From positions 1 through 64,000 of the IMG/VR virus record IMGVR_UViG_3300008459_000024: a DNA stretch of 64,000 nt; one strand, 5' to 3'. Under the pieces are notes generated by a model that ran no database searches, was not told the origin of the DNA, and saw nothing but the letters and a program-made list of their open reading frames with translations. A program made the translations under genes and the position numbers. How positions within the stretch are numbered: position 1 is the stretch's first letter; every line of letters begins with the position of its first letter. Of the stretch, positions 1 through 10,442 are shown in pieces. The stretch is from a virus.

Positions 1-426
1 TCGGTCAGACTTTTCAATCTCAGGCGGAATATTGTGGTCCATAAGTGAATAAACACACCAATCAATGTTTTGGTCAGGATATACTCCTCTGTTCTTGTAA
101 TAAACAACCATTTCATTTTTTAATGAATCGACAACAGGTGTTAAAGCATCCAAACGTTCCATATTGTTTTCTAAGAAGTCGTGGTTACCAGGAATTAGGA
201 TTGTCTTTGCAATCTTGGAACACTCAGTTAATACCCAAGCAATGAACTCAACAAGTTCGGGTGTCATTTGGTTTTTAGAGTGAACTAAATCTCCAGTAAA
301 GACAATGCGGTCAAGAGCAATATTTCTCCACTGCTCGAAGGCATCTTGTAAAATTCTCTTATACAAGTCATGGTCTTTAAATAAACGAACGTGTAAATCA
401 CTGAAATGTACTATTTTTTTAATCAT
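1..426 (-). CDS. Mre11/SbcD (T4 gp47)-like metallophosphoesterase nuclease, N-terminal part (runs off left edge; not in ORF track)
   Basis: Manual translation from ATG at 426: MIKKIVHFSDLH...IVFTGDLVH...LIPGNHD. These are calcineurin-like phosphoesterase motifs DxH, GD, GNHD. ATGA overlap with the upstream ORF. Confidence 0.85.
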   Translation of the reverse strand, partial: MIKKIVHFSDLHVRLFKDHDLYKRILQDAFEQWRNIALDRIVFTGDLVHSKNQMTPELVEFIAWVLTECSKIAKTILIPGNHDFLENNMERLDALTPVVDSLKNEMVVYYKNRGVYPDQNIDWCVYSLMDHNIPPEIEKSDR

Positions 427-656
427 AATTCTAATTTAGGTGAGTCAACATGAAATGGGTTCAACTCATCGTTAATATGTCCGCACTTAATACATGCGTA
501 CGTTGGGAATGGGACAATGGTGTCGTCCTCAGAACCTGTTAAAAGTTTTGGTACTTTTTTCAAGTATGTAACTTCTTTGAATTGGTCAAACTCACATTTT
601 TCGCATTTGACAAAATCCATCTCTCTGAGATTAATTCTTGGTTTTTGTAGTTCCAT
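423..656 (-). CDS. Small zinc-ribbon protein
   Basis: CxxC (CEKC) ... CxxC (CIKC). Start reassigned to ATG at 656 (MELQKPRI) because the upstream region holds a separate small gene. Confidence 0.7.
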   Translation of the reverse strand: MELQKPRINLREMDFVKCEKCEFDQFKEVTYLKKVPKLLTGSEDDTIVPFPTYACIKCGHINDELNPFHVDSPKLEL

Positions 657-657
657 T

Positions 658-765
658 TTATTTTTCAATTTTTTGAATGTTATCGTAAGCAGCACATTTT
701 GGGTGTTTTGAAACACAAGATGTCATAAGTGCGATAGACATCAATAGAATTACTACTTTTTTCAT
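658..765 (-). CDS. 35-aa predicted lipoprotein (not in ORF track)
   Basis: MKKVVILLMSIALMTSC-VSKHPKCAAYDNIQKIEK: basic N-terminus, hydrophobic core, lipobox-like LMTSC. Fills the gap between its neighbours almost exactly. Confidence 0.7.
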   Translation of the reverse strand: MKKVVILLMSIALMTSCVSKHPKCAAYDNIQKIEK

Positions 766-769
766 ATTA

Positions 770-988
770 TTAGTCATTAATATACATTATTGTTTGTGAA
801 ATTGGAACTCTAAGTACAGGAATTGTTGAATACCCTGACGGAGCGTCATTACTATCTTTTCTTTTCATTACTTCATAGTATCCGTCTCTTACTTGTACGG
901 TTGGGATGTTTTCGTAAGTTTCTTTGTCAAAATTGTCAAAATCGACTACTACTTTTTTTTCTGTTGTGTAAAATGTTAGTTTAATCAT
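770..988 (-). CDS. Hypothetical protein (72 aa)
   Basis: ORF in operon, directly downstream of a near-consensus promoter. Confidence 0.7.
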   Translation of the reverse strand: MIKLTFYTTEKKVVVDFDNFDKETYENIPTVQVRDGYYEVMKRKDSNDAPSGYSTIPVLRVPISQTIMYIND

Positions 989-995
989 AATTTAA

Positions 996-1024
996 AATAT
1001 ATTACTTTTTTAGTTGATTGTCAA
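996..1024 (-). promoter_or_regulatory. Early/middle promoter TTGACA-N17-TATATT
   Basis: Minus strand ttgaca atcaactaaaaaagtaa tatatt, ending 7 nt before ATG 988. Confidence 0.7.
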
Positions 1025-1875
1025 TTTAAATAATCCTTCATATCCATATTAAGAACCGTATCAATTACATCTTGTGGTACTCGATATTCTTCAAATTCTG
1101 AATCTTCACGCAATAATACAACAATACATCCATATAACCTAATGTTTTCATATTTTGTCCCTTCAAGCATCTTGAGTAATAACTTACCATAAAGTGGTAA
1201 CTGAACATAATAGTGTCCTAATGCGGTGTTAGGATATTTCTGAAATGGAGCAAACATTTGTTTTGTAAAGTTATTAGCAACAAAGTTCTTTGGTTTATTA
1301 GTCTTATAATCAGTAATTAAAAGTCCAAACTCGTTCCCTTTTTTATTTATTACTAACCATACCTTATCGGGTTGCCCGGTATAACCTAATTGGTTTGAAC
1401 CTAATACTATCTCAGTATCCAAAAGTACAACATCTCGACTCTCCATTAATTTTAAAAATTTTTTACCAGCATTAACCATACTATCACCTTTTAATATTTG
1501 GGTAAAGTCGCAGTTAAATTCCGGTTTTCTTACCACTTTATCAATTTTGAAAACCTTATGAGACTCCTGTTCTAAAATATAGTGAACTCGACTACCCATG
1601 TTTGTTGAGTAGTCTCCTGCCGCAGCCCATTCTTCAATCAATTGTTGTTTAACAACAGGGTCACCTTTCGATTTCTTTTCTGCCGCCTCATCTGTTGGGA
1701 ACTCGGGATAAAACTTCTTTAATACCTTTGATACTGACGGCCAGTTACTGTGTAGAGTACCATCATTATCCATCATAGTGTATTTATGAGATTCCTCCTC
1801 AAATGTTAATTCTAACTCTTTTTGTTTTTGGGAGATTATTTCTAATATCTCCTCTCTAATTTTATATAAATCCAT
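1021..1875 (-). CDS. PD-(D/E)XK family exonuclease
   Basis: Motifs GSRVH, TE, GQPD, ITDYKT, HYYVQLPLY. Confidence 0.8.
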   Translation of the reverse strand: MDLYKIREEILEIISQKQKELELTFEEESHKYTMMDNDGTLHSNWPSVSKVLKKFYPEFPTDEAAEKKSKGDPVVKQQLIEEWAAAGDYSTNMGSRVHYILEQESHKVFKIDKVVRKPEFNCDFTQILKGDSMVNAGKKFLKLMESRDVVLLDTEIVLGSNQLGYTGQPDKVWLVINKKGNEFGLLITDYKTNKPKNFVANNFTKQMFAPFQKYPNTALGHYYVQLPLYGKLLLKMLEGTKYENIRLYGCIVVLLREDSEFEEYRVPQDVIDTVLNMDMKDYLN

Positions 1876-1880
1876 TTTTC

Positions 1881-2777
1881 TTAATAAGTCATTTTATAAA
1901 AATAATCATCGATGTTACCCCTTAACTCGGCAACATCTGAATCTTTTGGTAGTTTTAAAATTTTAACCTTACCTCTTAAACTACCACCATTAAGAGTATT
2001 ATATAGTTTTTTAGCGTTATTCCAAGCATCCTCATCCAAACAAATAATCACATCACTTTGAGCTTTATTGTAAATTGCGTCAAACAATAAATCATGTAAT
2101 ACCTTACCTAAAAGGATTACCGGGTTTGGTGTGAAGAATCCATCAAAGACACCTTCACATATGTAAATTGGTTTTGTCCAATCAATTAATTTCTCATTGA
2201 AGATAATTGTTTCTTTTGGGAACTCGGGATTCTTGTATTTGTTCTTTGTTTTGAACCAAGCCCTTGATACAAAATAGTTTAATTCACCATCCATACCATA
2301 AGATGGAACAATTACTCTACCCATGTAATCCCCCTCACTAGCAAATCCAATATTATATTTTTCAATCATTTGGTCCGTAATACCTCGTGACTTTATATAT
2401 TTTAACGCCTCTTTGTGTGGGATATGTAATGGATTTATATCTTTAAAAGATGTAAATTCTTTTGGTAGATGTAGTTTTGGTCTATCTTTTTCCCTTGTCT
2501 TATATTCTTCAGGTTTGAATACATCGTATATTTTTCTCTGTCTTTTGGTACCAAAGGTGTCAATTAACTTACCTAATACACCATGAGTTCCGTTTGACTC
2601 TGCACAACTCCAACATTTGTACACATGCTCATTGATATTAACCTCAAGGTTTCCCTTATTTTTCCCATCATCACAATATGGACAATTAAACGATATTTGA
2701 CCCTTTGAGGAGTAGTAATGTTTCTCCTTCCCAAAAAGGTCTCTCATCATATCAACCAAAACTTCGTTTTCTTCCAT
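1881..2777 (-). CDS. dnaG: DNA primase (Zn finger + TOPRIM)
   Basis: CPYC...CWSC zinc-binding domain, YIKSRGI, KYKNP, ICEGVFD, LDEDA, PKDSD. Confidence 0.85.
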   Translation of the reverse strand: MEENEVLVDMMRDLFGKEKHYYSSKGQISFNCPYCDDGKNKGNLEVNINEHVYKCWSCAESNGTHGVLGKLIDTFGTKRQRKIYDVFKPEEYKTREKDRPKLHLPKEFTSFKDINPLHIPHKEALKYIKSRGITDQMIEKYNIGFASEGDYMGRVIVPSYGMDGELNYFVSRAWFKTKNKYKNPEFPKETIIFNEKLIDWTKPIYICEGVFDGFFTPNPVILLGKVLHDLLFDAIYNKAQSDVIICLDEDAWNNAKKLYNTLNGGSLRGKVKILKLPKDSDVAELRGNIDDYFYKMTY

Positions 2778-2785
2778 AACATTAA

Positions 2786-2814
2786 AATATAATAATAAAA
2801 ACTTATTAAATCAA
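2786..2814 (-). promoter_or_regulatory. Early/middle promoter TTGATT-N17-TATATT for primase operon
   Basis: Exact 17-nt spacer, 8 nt upstream of ATG 2777. Confidence 0.55.
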
Positions 2815-2840
2815 ACTTCACAAACTTTTCTTACCTTTTA

Positions 2841-2847
2841 TATTTAT
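2841..2847 (+). promoter_or_regulatory. Late-gene motif TATTTAT
   Basis: 6 nt before ATG 2854; the same motif precedes 15 genes in the window. Confidence 0.65.
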
Positions 2848-2853
2848 ATTCAT

Positions 2854-3075
2854 ATGCCAACATTAGTCACAGTTTCAAGTATAACAGGAGCATCACCATA
2901 TGAAGTATATCTTTGCACATCGGGCGGTACTTCTTGTTATTACATTGACCAAATCACTTCAGGTGATTTGCCGTACACTTTTACACCTCCTGTTCCATTA
3001 CAAGATATGGTTCACTATTGTGTGAAGGCAGTTGATAATGTTGGATGTATAATAACACTTTGTAAAGACGTTTAA
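2854..3075 (+). CDS. Small Cys-containing Ig/SprB-like virion module protein
   Basis: [12 protein letters not shown]...C...VKAVDNVGC; paralogous to 11033..11275 and to the N-terminus of 12103..13101. Confidence 0.65.
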   Translation: MPTLVTVSSITGASPYEVYLCTSGGTSCYYIDQITSGDLPYTFTPPVPLQDMVHYCVKAVDNVGCIITLCKDV

Positions 3076-3077
3076 TT

Positions 3078-5573
3078 TTGGCTAGTTTACTTTGGATACA
3101 GGTATCGGGTTGTTGTGATAATAATTTATTTCAATTTCAGTATTTATCACCCACTTATGCCTTTTCCGCAAACACATCTTATTATGTTATAACTGACCAA
3201 TACACAGGTTGTACATATACCGTTGGTTCAGGTTTTAATACAGGTTATACTGTACATAACTTAGTTAGTGCAAGTACTTTAACATTTACTTCATGTACTG
3301 AATGTGAAACAACATTCCCATGTGCTCCAGTTCCAACAAGAACCCCAACACCAACTCCAAGACCGTCTACGACACCTACAAGAACTCCAACACCAACTCC
3401 AACCATCACATTAACACCAACTCATACTCCAACTCAAACAGTTACCCAAACTCCAACTAACACCCCAACCGTAACTCAAACCCCAACAAATACCGCAACG
3501 GTGACTCCAACAAGGACCGTCACACCAACTGTAACACCTACGGTAACTAACACACCTACTAATACAATTACTCCAAGTATTACACCAACTAATACTCCAA
3601 CAAGGACAGTTACACCAACAAACACATTAACCGCAACGCCAACACCAACTCCAAGTTTAACCCCAACAAATACCCCTACCCCAAGTATTACACCAACTAT
3701 TACTCCAACTCCAACTATTACAAAAACTCCGTTACCTACTTTTGCGGTAACACCAACAACAACTCCAAGTATTAGTGCGACTCAAACACCGACTCCATCT
3801 GCAACTTCACCTTATCAATGTGAACAGAGTAGTTTTTGTGTATTTGCAAATTTAACATCTTACGAACAATATAATGGAACTTACTACAATTATGGTGAAT
3901 TTAATGGTAAAGCTATATTTTACGCACCTGATTCAGTAACTCCGTCTTACATATATTATAACTCATCTGAAACAAGATGGTGTTTATCAGAAACAAGTGG
4001 TGGAACTTGTGTATTATTTGGTCCAACAGGAAGTTCAAGTTTATGTCCTGATTTGGATTCAGTATTATTTAACACAATATGTCCAAGTCCAACACCAACG
4101 GCATCAGATTGTTATGGTTTTGATTTCACAGCATCTTTTGATTGTTCAGTAACTTCAGGGTCAACACCGACTCCTACTCCAACACCAACGTTAACACCTA
4201 CTCCAACAAATACACCAACACCGACTGTTCCATGTACAGGTAAAGCATTGTCATTCTCAGCAATTAATTTTAACTATCCTGGTGTGACAAGAACTCCAAC
4301 ACCAACTCCATCCAACTTACCTAAAACTGTTTCAGTTACAGGTACGTCAACATTCACCTCATTTAGTTCAACATTCACAAGTTCACTGTCTAAACTATTA
4401 ACAGATTGTAATAATCCATTATCATATATCGTATCAGACCCTGTACCATTTAATACAGGTGCAACGTTTAGTGCAATTATTGATGGTAATCCTGTTTGTG
4501 TTACTTATAGTGCGGATACATTCTCACCTCCAACATCTAAATTGGATTCAATCGAGAGTGGTAATTTATTCAACTGTACTTGGTGTACTCCAGCGTATTC
4601 ACCAACACCTACACCTACAATGACCGTTACACCAACTCCAACTATTCCATGCCCTCATGTTATTGACACTGTAAGTATTGGTATTTATAACGAACCCCAG
4701 CAAATTGCAATTTTTGATTACTATGACGGAACAATTGATTCGTTAATGGTTGGGTACCATGGTCTTGGTTCCCCGGCAACCGCAAGACTTAACTTATCAA
4801 CATTATCCGTACAATCCGCCGCCAACGTATCAGGGGGTACTAACATATTTGGTTTAGTCTCAGATAACCAAAGAGGTTACGCATACTTCAGTATGTCTGC
4901 GACTGTTGAGGTGTATTCAATAACTGGAGCATCAACAACATTTGTATCGTCAATACCTGTCGCCGGGTCTCCAAATAGATTAACCTTAGATAGTACAAAT
5001 AATCGATTATTCGTTGGTAACCAGTTGTCAGACCCAATGACGGTAATTAATACTTCGACTTTAATGACCGCTTCCACAATAACAATACCATATAGCTATA
5101 GTTCTAAATTAGTATCATCTTCAGGTAAATTATTTGCAACTCAGAATTTAGGAAATATACTTAATGTTATTGATACAACAACAACCGCATACACCATTAC
5201 AAACACAATACAATTGGAGAACGCTGCCGGAGCAAGATTAGTAGAATACGCAGATGTTAATGACACACTATACATTACCGATTATAACTTTAATAAGATT
5301 TATACAGTAAACCAAAGTACAGAACTTACAGGTACGACAATATCATTGTCAGGTAGACCGTCAGCAATTGTTTATAATACAATTGATGAGAAACTATATG
5401 TAACTCTTAATAATATAAATCAATTAGTCGTAATTAACCCATTAACTAATACAATTACTAAAGTAATGTCAGTGGGAACTAAAGCCGATTCAATAGCATT
5501 TGACTATATCAATAATAAGATATTAGTGGCAAACTACACTGATAATACAATAACAAGAATCTGTGGAGGTTAA
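3078..5573 (+). CDS. Virion surface/fibre protein: Cys-rich modules, Thr-Pro linkers, C-terminal YVTN/YncE-like beta-propeller
   Basis: TTG start; long (TP)n tracts; C-terminal repeats such as [47 protein letters not shown]. Confidence 0.7.
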   Translation: MASLLWIQVSGCCDNNLFQFQYLSPTYAFSANTSYYVITDQYTGCTYTVGSGFNTGYTVHNLVSASTLTFTSCTECETTFPCAPVPTRTPTPTPRPSTTPTRTPTPTPTITLTPTHTPTQTVTQTPTNTPTVTQTPTNTATVTPTRTVTPTVTPTVTNTPTNTITPSITPTNTPTRTVTPTNTLTATPTPTPSLTPTNTPTPSITPTITPTPTITKTPLPTFAVTPTTTPSISATQTPTPSATSPYQCEQSSFCVFANLTSYEQYNGTYYNYGEFNGKAIFYAPDSVTPSYIYYNSSETRWCLSETSGGTCVLFGPTGSSSLCPDLDSVLFNTICPSPTPTASDCYGFDFTASFDCSVTSGSTPTPTPTPTLTPTPTNTPTPTVPCTGKALSFSAINFNYPGVTRTPTPTPSNLPKTVSVTGTSTFTSFSSTFTSSLSKLLTDCNNPLSYIVSDPVPFNTGATFSAIIDGNPVCVTYSADTFSPPTSKLDSIESGNLFNCTWCTPAYSPTPTPTMTVTPTPTIPCPHVIDTVSIGIYNEPQQIAIFDYYDGTIDSLMVGYHGLGSPATARLNLSTLSVQSAANVSGGTNIFGLVSDNQRGYAYFSMSATVEVYSITGASTTFVSSIPVAGSPNRLTLDSTNNRLFVGNQLSDPMTVINTSTLMTASTITIPYSYSSKLVSSSGKLFATQNLGNILNVIDTTTTAYTITNTIQLENAAGARLVEYADVNDTLYITDYNFNKIYTVNQSTELTGTTISLSGRPSAIVYNTIDEKLYVTLNNINQLVVINPLTNTITKVMSVGTKADSIAFDYINNKILVANYTDNTITRICGG
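3330..3810 (+). repeat. Degenerate Thr-Pro (mucin-like) coding repeat
   Basis: About 160 codons of ACN-CCN repeats (TPTPTPT/TVTPTNT); shorter tracts near 4165-4230, 4285-4315 and 4600-4650. Confidence 0.9.
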
Positions 5574-5587
5574 AAAAATAATATAAT

Positions 5588-8167
5588 ATGGCATTTGGAT
5601 TTCAAAATTGTTGTGACACGGAAGAATACTTTTATTTAAATGGTATTCCTGCAACCGTATCAGAAAACGAAGTATATCAAATCTCAACCTTGGAGGGTGT
5701 AGATTTTTGTGCAACTTACACTGAGTTACCTGAACTTTTCTATCAACCATTAACGTACACTTTAGATGTAATGGTTGAACAGACTTCATGTACAACATGT
5801 TTGGAGTCATTGCCATGTCCTGAAACAATCGAAGTCCCATTAGATAATAATGTAACAATTTCTAATTATAACGAATGTTCAGTTTTAACTGAGCTTCCGC
5901 TGGTGGTTGAGTGTCAGACAATTCAACCTGTTGCGGGCGCCGATTTTGGTCGGGTTATTTTATCAATAAGTGGTGGACAACCTCCATATTCGGTTTTTTC
6001 CGCCAATACAACAATTCAAGTATTTGGAGCATCTCAAGAGGGTCCATTAACAATATTGTCTCAAGCGTCTCCAGGTGATTATTGTTATGATGTTATTGAT
6101 TCATACAACGCAGTTATATCATTATGTTGTACAGTAAATTACTCACCCGAACCATTAGTTGTAAGTTGTTTGTCAACATCATCAAGTGTTTGGGAAGATA
6201 CGGGTTCAGTTAACTTAAATATAAATGGCGAATCACCGTTTAAAGTATATTATCAAGGAGATGAAATCACACTACCTCTAACTCAATTATCTGCAGGAAC
6301 TTATGATTTTACAGTTGGAGACTCAATTGGTCAAATAGATACAATATCGTGTACTGTTGGTCAAACTATACCAAACTACACTTACCCTCAATACCTATGT
6401 ATGACTTTTCAGTTTTGTCAAGCATCATTCTATTTAACATTTGTAAGTGCGGGTACCTCTAATTATTTACCTTATTATACTTTACAAAATCCTGATGAGA
6501 TTGGTGTAACTTCAATGACATTATCCGCCGATACATCATTTAATTGGTTTACTTCAACAGCATATTCAAATACAAGTTTACTAAACGTTCCTCCAACATG
6601 TTCATTAAGTCCATCGTCAAGTGGTAATGTTCAATTTACTAAAAACACAACAGGTACGTCACCATTAGGTACTTGGACAAGTAGTGGAATATTTAATACT
6701 CAAACAACTGTCTCTGGAAATCAATGTGTTGAGGTTTCTCCATCATTTGTTGCAACTCCAGGTCCTCCGGTTTGTACTTTAGACGAATCTACAAGTAACG
6801 TAACTATAACGCCTCAAGGTGGTTCTGGACCTCCATACACATATTACGTAGATGGGGGTATTTACACATCTCCAATTATTGGTAATCTTTCAACAGGTCT
6901 TCATACCGTTCAAATATCTGACTCAAATTTTAATTTAAGTACAGTTGGTTCGGTTACAATTGGAACTACAAATCCTCAGAATTTATCCTTTAATGCCTGC
7001 GGCTCATTAATTTCATCATTAAACTCAGTTGCCGATTATTTAAATGCCGACTTTACCGCAACGTCAACACCTGTAACATGGCCATCATCAGTATCAGTAA
7101 CGGGTAACTTACAACTCACAGTAACATACAACTTAATAACACCTGATTTTGACCCTAATAGTCAGCAACAAATGTCAAATATACTTGAAGTGCCAGGTAA
7201 AGGTGCGATAGTCGGGTCTCCATTCATACCTTCAACATCAACATATGTTTCAAATGGAGGTACTAATACCACAATACCCTTTAATTCAATACCTTTTGAT
7301 ACCGGATGGTTAACCGGCCCAGCGTATCCAACAGCGTCAGACTTTGTTAATAGAGCAACATTTCAAAGAACTCAAGTGTGGGCATCAACAAACCAAGTGA
7401 CAATAACCAACACTTCGCAACTTGTTGCTAACATTAACACTTTAATTGATTTTGACTTAGGTAATGACATATTTTTTGTACAATATACAAGTCAAGATTT
7501 AACTGTTAATTTTAAATTATCACTAATTAATTTGGACGTAAGTCAAGGTGGTTGTTATCAAGTTGATGCAAATCCCACCATTTTTGAATATCAAGCAACT
7601 AGAACAATAACTTCAGGATATGATGCACCATTTACTGGTCAATTCTTAAATGGTACAGGATGTCCAAATCCACTTAATTGTAATCAATTGTTCCAATTTA
7701 CCACCGGTAGGGGTGGTGCTTCTGTCTTAACTAGTGACAGTACCCCATTCTATAATCAATTTGATACTGTAACTAAACAAATATTATATGCTACATATCC
7801 AAAGGCTAATGTAAGAGGTGGAGGAGGTAATAATAACCCTAATATATTTGTTAGATTACTTGGTGGAGCATGTTTAACACCAGGTCAAACATATTACTTG
7901 AAATTTAATTTTACGTCAAAGGGAAATAGTCCTATTTACGTATCTTTTGAGGGTACTCAGCCGCCTCAAACAGGTATATACACTACTAATGACTTTATAC
8001 TACCTGCAAACATAGAAATAAATACAGACTATTATGTTAGCGTAACTTATAATGGTACATGTAGTTCAGTTGCTCCAATTAAAAAGATGTGGTTCTTTAG
8101 AAATGCCGCATCAACAACAAATGATGATATATTCTATATGGACATATCAACATGTAGTTTCGTCTAA
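5588..8167 (+). CDS. Cys-rich virion surface protein with SprB-like Ig repeats
   Basis: ISGGQPPYSV, LSAGTYDFTVGDS, GGSGPPYTYY...LSTGLHTVQISDSN; N-terminal CC...CxxC module. Confidence 0.65.
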   Translation: MAFGFQNCCDTEEYFYLNGIPATVSENEVYQISTLEGVDFCATYTELPELFYQPLTYTLDVMVEQTSCTTCLESLPCPETIEVPLDNNVTISNYNECSVLTELPLVVECQTIQPVAGADFGRVILSISGGQPPYSVFSANTTIQVFGASQEGPLTILSQASPGDYCYDVIDSYNAVISLCCTVNYSPEPLVVSCLSTSSSVWEDTGSVNLNINGESPFKVYYQGDEITLPLTQLSAGTYDFTVGDSIGQIDTISCTVGQTIPNYTYPQYLCMTFQFCQASFYLTFVSAGTSNYLPYYTLQNPDEIGVTSMTLSADTSFNWFTSTAYSNTSLLNVPPTCSLSPSSSGNVQFTKNTTGTSPLGTWTSSGIFNTQTTVSGNQCVEVSPSFVATPGPPVCTLDESTSNVTITPQGGSGPPYTYYVDGGIYTSPIIGNLSTGLHTVQISDSNFNLSTVGSVTIGTTNPQNLSFNACGSLISSLNSVADYLNADFTATSTPVTWPSSVSVTGNLQLTVTYNLITPDFDPNSQQQMSNILEVPGKGAIVGSPFIPSTSTYVSNGGTNTTIPFNSIPFDTGWLTGPAYPTASDFVNRATFQRTQVWASTNQVTITNTSQLVANINTLIDFDLGNDIFFVQYTSQDLTVNFKLSLINLDVSQGGCYQVDANPTIFEYQATRTITSGYDAPFTGQFLNGTGCPNPLNCNQLFQFTTGRGGASVLTSDSTPFYNQFDTVTKQILYATYPKANVRGGGGNNNPNIFVRLLGGACLTPGQTYYLKFNFTSKGNSPIYVSFEGTQPPQTGIYTTNDFILPANIEINTDYYVSVTYNGTCSSVAPIKKMWFFRNAASTTNDDIFYMDISTCSFV

Positions 8168-8182
8168 AAAATAACAAATAAC

Positions 8183-8189
8183 TATTTAT
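8183..8189 (+). promoter_or_regulatory. Late-gene motif TATTTAT
   Basis: 5 nt before ATG 8195. Confidence 0.65.
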
Positions 8190-8194
8190 AAAAT

Positions 8195-10399
8195 ATGTCA
8201 TATATACTTAAAGATACACAAGGATTATTAGTAACGAGATTGACTGACGTTGGTCGAAGAAAAATTGCAGAAGGTAACTTCAACATTTCTTATTTCCAAG
8301 TTGGTGATAGTGAAGTTGACTATTCCAAACTAGCAGATTACGGTTATAATAATTCTTCGTTTAATATTTTAGAACCCCCATTTAACGCTCACAACAACGT
8401 AGGAATTCCTCAATCAACAAAAAACAATATTAAATATCCTCTTTATTTAGACAGTACTTCAGGTATAACTTATGGTATACCTTTTATGGCCTCTTCAGAT
8501 GAATCAGTATTTAATACCGCAACAGAATTAGGATTTTTCTCAGCATGTACGACTAATTTTAAACCATACACATCAAGTGCATGGACTTATAATTCACAAT
8601 ATACTTTTAAAGCAGGTGAATTACAAGGTAATACAACACAGTTAATCTTATATACAGGAGCATCTTGCGCAGATTCCGCAACCGGAACAGTTTCAGCTGG
8701 AACATATGTTACATTATATACTCAAACAGGATGTACTTGCTCATATGAGACTTGTCATCCAATATTAACATTTAAAGTAATGTCAATAACCCCTGAAGGA
8801 TGTGGTGGTGACTTATGTATTGTTTTAGATAGGACACCACCTAATTTAGACGTATTAGGTTATACAGGTTATGGTAGAGCATTTTTTCACCCATCAGGAA
8901 TGACGGGTTATGACGTTTCAACCCCGTTAAATTATTGGAGTGAGAGTGTGATTAATTACGAATCTATTTGTACTCCTGATGATGGTTATGTTAAAATATG
9001 GAATATGAATATTCCTTGGACTGAGAATCCTGCAGGTTTAAATCCAACTGTAAGTGTTGGTTATGGTAAATTTGCGTCTCGTGATTACATTGGTACAAAA
9101 GAGTATTTAGGTTACACAAATTCAGGAGGTCAGTATTTTTATAACTCATTCTCGTCAACAACTGCTCAAACCGACACATATTACTACAACTCATTCCAAG
9201 AAAGAATTGACGTATTACCTGAGGACCAAAAAGCAATCGCAATTGTTCACTATACTAATAACAGTATAATTAATTTTTATGGTGAAAAATTTGCAACTGA
9301 AGTATATACTGACGGTAGTACCCCAGGCGAGGCAAGAAACTTCTCAATTAAGTTACCTTGGTTGATGTGGCATAAGAATAACTTCTGTTGTAGTGGTGTG
9401 ACGTTTTACATTGACCCAGCAGGTTATAGTAATTTAGATTTATTGACTCCGTTCTATATGAAGTCGTCCAAGAATTCTGATATGAATTCTCCAGGTATGA
9501 GATACTATCACTTATATGATACAAACACTCAAAGTAACGGATATCCAAATAGAGTTGGTAAAGTTTTTCCTGATAACCAAATGATTATATTTGACGATGA
9601 TGAGATTGTAGCAGTACTTAACTCAGTATCAAACAGGAACTTCACATTACCAGCACCAAAGGTAGGTTTAATAAGTCCAGGTTCATGTAATGATGACTCG
9701 ACTGACGGGGTGTTAGACAATGATTCACAATGTATGTGGGTCACTTATGGTTTTGAAAGTGATAACTGGCAAGGAATGCATTGTAATTATTATCAAAAAA
9801 TTATTGGTCCTTCAAGTGGTTGTGGAATAAATGAACAGAATGTAACAGTTAGTTTTGGTAATGAATTTAAATGTATGAACTCAGGGACAACCTCAGGGTT
9901 TTCTGCTGACGCATTTTTCATACTCGCCCAAACAGGTACAACATCTCAAACAAGACCATCAAGTACATCATGGAAAAAAATTGACTATACCTCTCAGGTT
10001 GGTGGTAGTTCAGTCGTTGTAAGTGCATTAACATCCACAACTTTTGTCATCTCAGTTTCATCCTATAATGGTGGTACTACATATGATTTAAGTTCACAAA
10101 TATTAATACCATCACCAAATGACCCAACACCAGGTATGAATTTCGGAGATGATTATTTCTTTTACGGAAACATTACAACAGATATTCAAGCAACAATATA
10201 TGAAATGAGATATTTGGTTAATTTACCAAATAACCAATTTGTAAAGTCTTCAAATCCAACATGGAGAAATAGTGTATCACCATATATGTCAGAGATAGGT
10301 TTATTTGATAGTAATAAAAACTTATTAGCACTTGCAAAATTCCAATCTCCACAAATAAGACAGGGAGTTCAACAAGTAGTTATTAAACTTGATTTCTAA
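8195..10399 (+). CDS. Tail/baseplate structural protein with tail-collar-fibre (DUF3751-like) ends
   Basis: N-terminal LTDVGRRKIAEG..ISYFQVGD and C-terminal SEIGLFDSNKNLLALAK resemble the two halves of the tail-fibre attachment domain. Confidence 0.6.
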   Translation: MSYILKDTQGLLVTRLTDVGRRKIAEGNFNISYFQVGDSEVDYSKLADYGYNNSSFNILEPPFNAHNNVGIPQSTKNNIKYPLYLDSTSGITYGIPFMASSDESVFNTATELGFFSACTTNFKPYTSSAWTYNSQYTFKAGELQGNTTQLILYTGASCADSATGTVSAGTYVTLYTQTGCTCSYETCHPILTFKVMSITPEGCGGDLCIVLDRTPPNLDVLGYTGYGRAFFHPSGMTGYDVSTPLNYWSESVINYESICTPDDGYVKIWNMNIPWTENPAGLNPTVSVGYGKFASRDYIGTKEYLGYTNSGGQYFYNSFSSTTAQTDTYYYNSFQERIDVLPEDQKAIAIVHYTNNSIINFYGEKFATEVYTDGSTPGEARNFSIKLPWLMWHKNNFCCSGVTFYIDPAGYSNLDLLTPFYMKSSKNSDMNSPGMRYYHLYDTNTQSNGYPNRVGKVFPDNQMIIFDDDEIVAVLNSVSNRNFTLPAPKVGLISPGSCNDDSTDGVLDNDSQCMWVTYGFESDNWQGMHCNYYQKIIGPSSGCGINEQNVTVSFGNEFKCMNSGTTSGFSADAFFILAQTGTTSQTRPSSTSWKKIDYTSQVGGSSVVVSALTSTTFVISVSSYNGGTTYDLSSQILIPSPNDPTPGMNFGDDYFFYGNITTDIQATIYEMRYLVNLPNNQFVKSSNPTWRNSVSPYMSEIGLFDSNKNLLALAKFQSPQIRQGVQQVVIKLDF

Positions 10400-10442
10400 T
10401 TTCATTTACAAATTATTTAAATATATTAATTTGTTTTAATAT

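Noticed and set aside
1021-1875. Cas4 assignment for the PD-(D/E)XK nuclease
   Set aside because: No Fe-S cysteine cluster and no CRISPR context.
3330-3810. CRISPR array or diversity-generating repeat
   Set aside because: Repeats are degenerate in-frame Thr-Pro codons without a repeat-spacer structure; no reverse transcriptase or cas gene is present.
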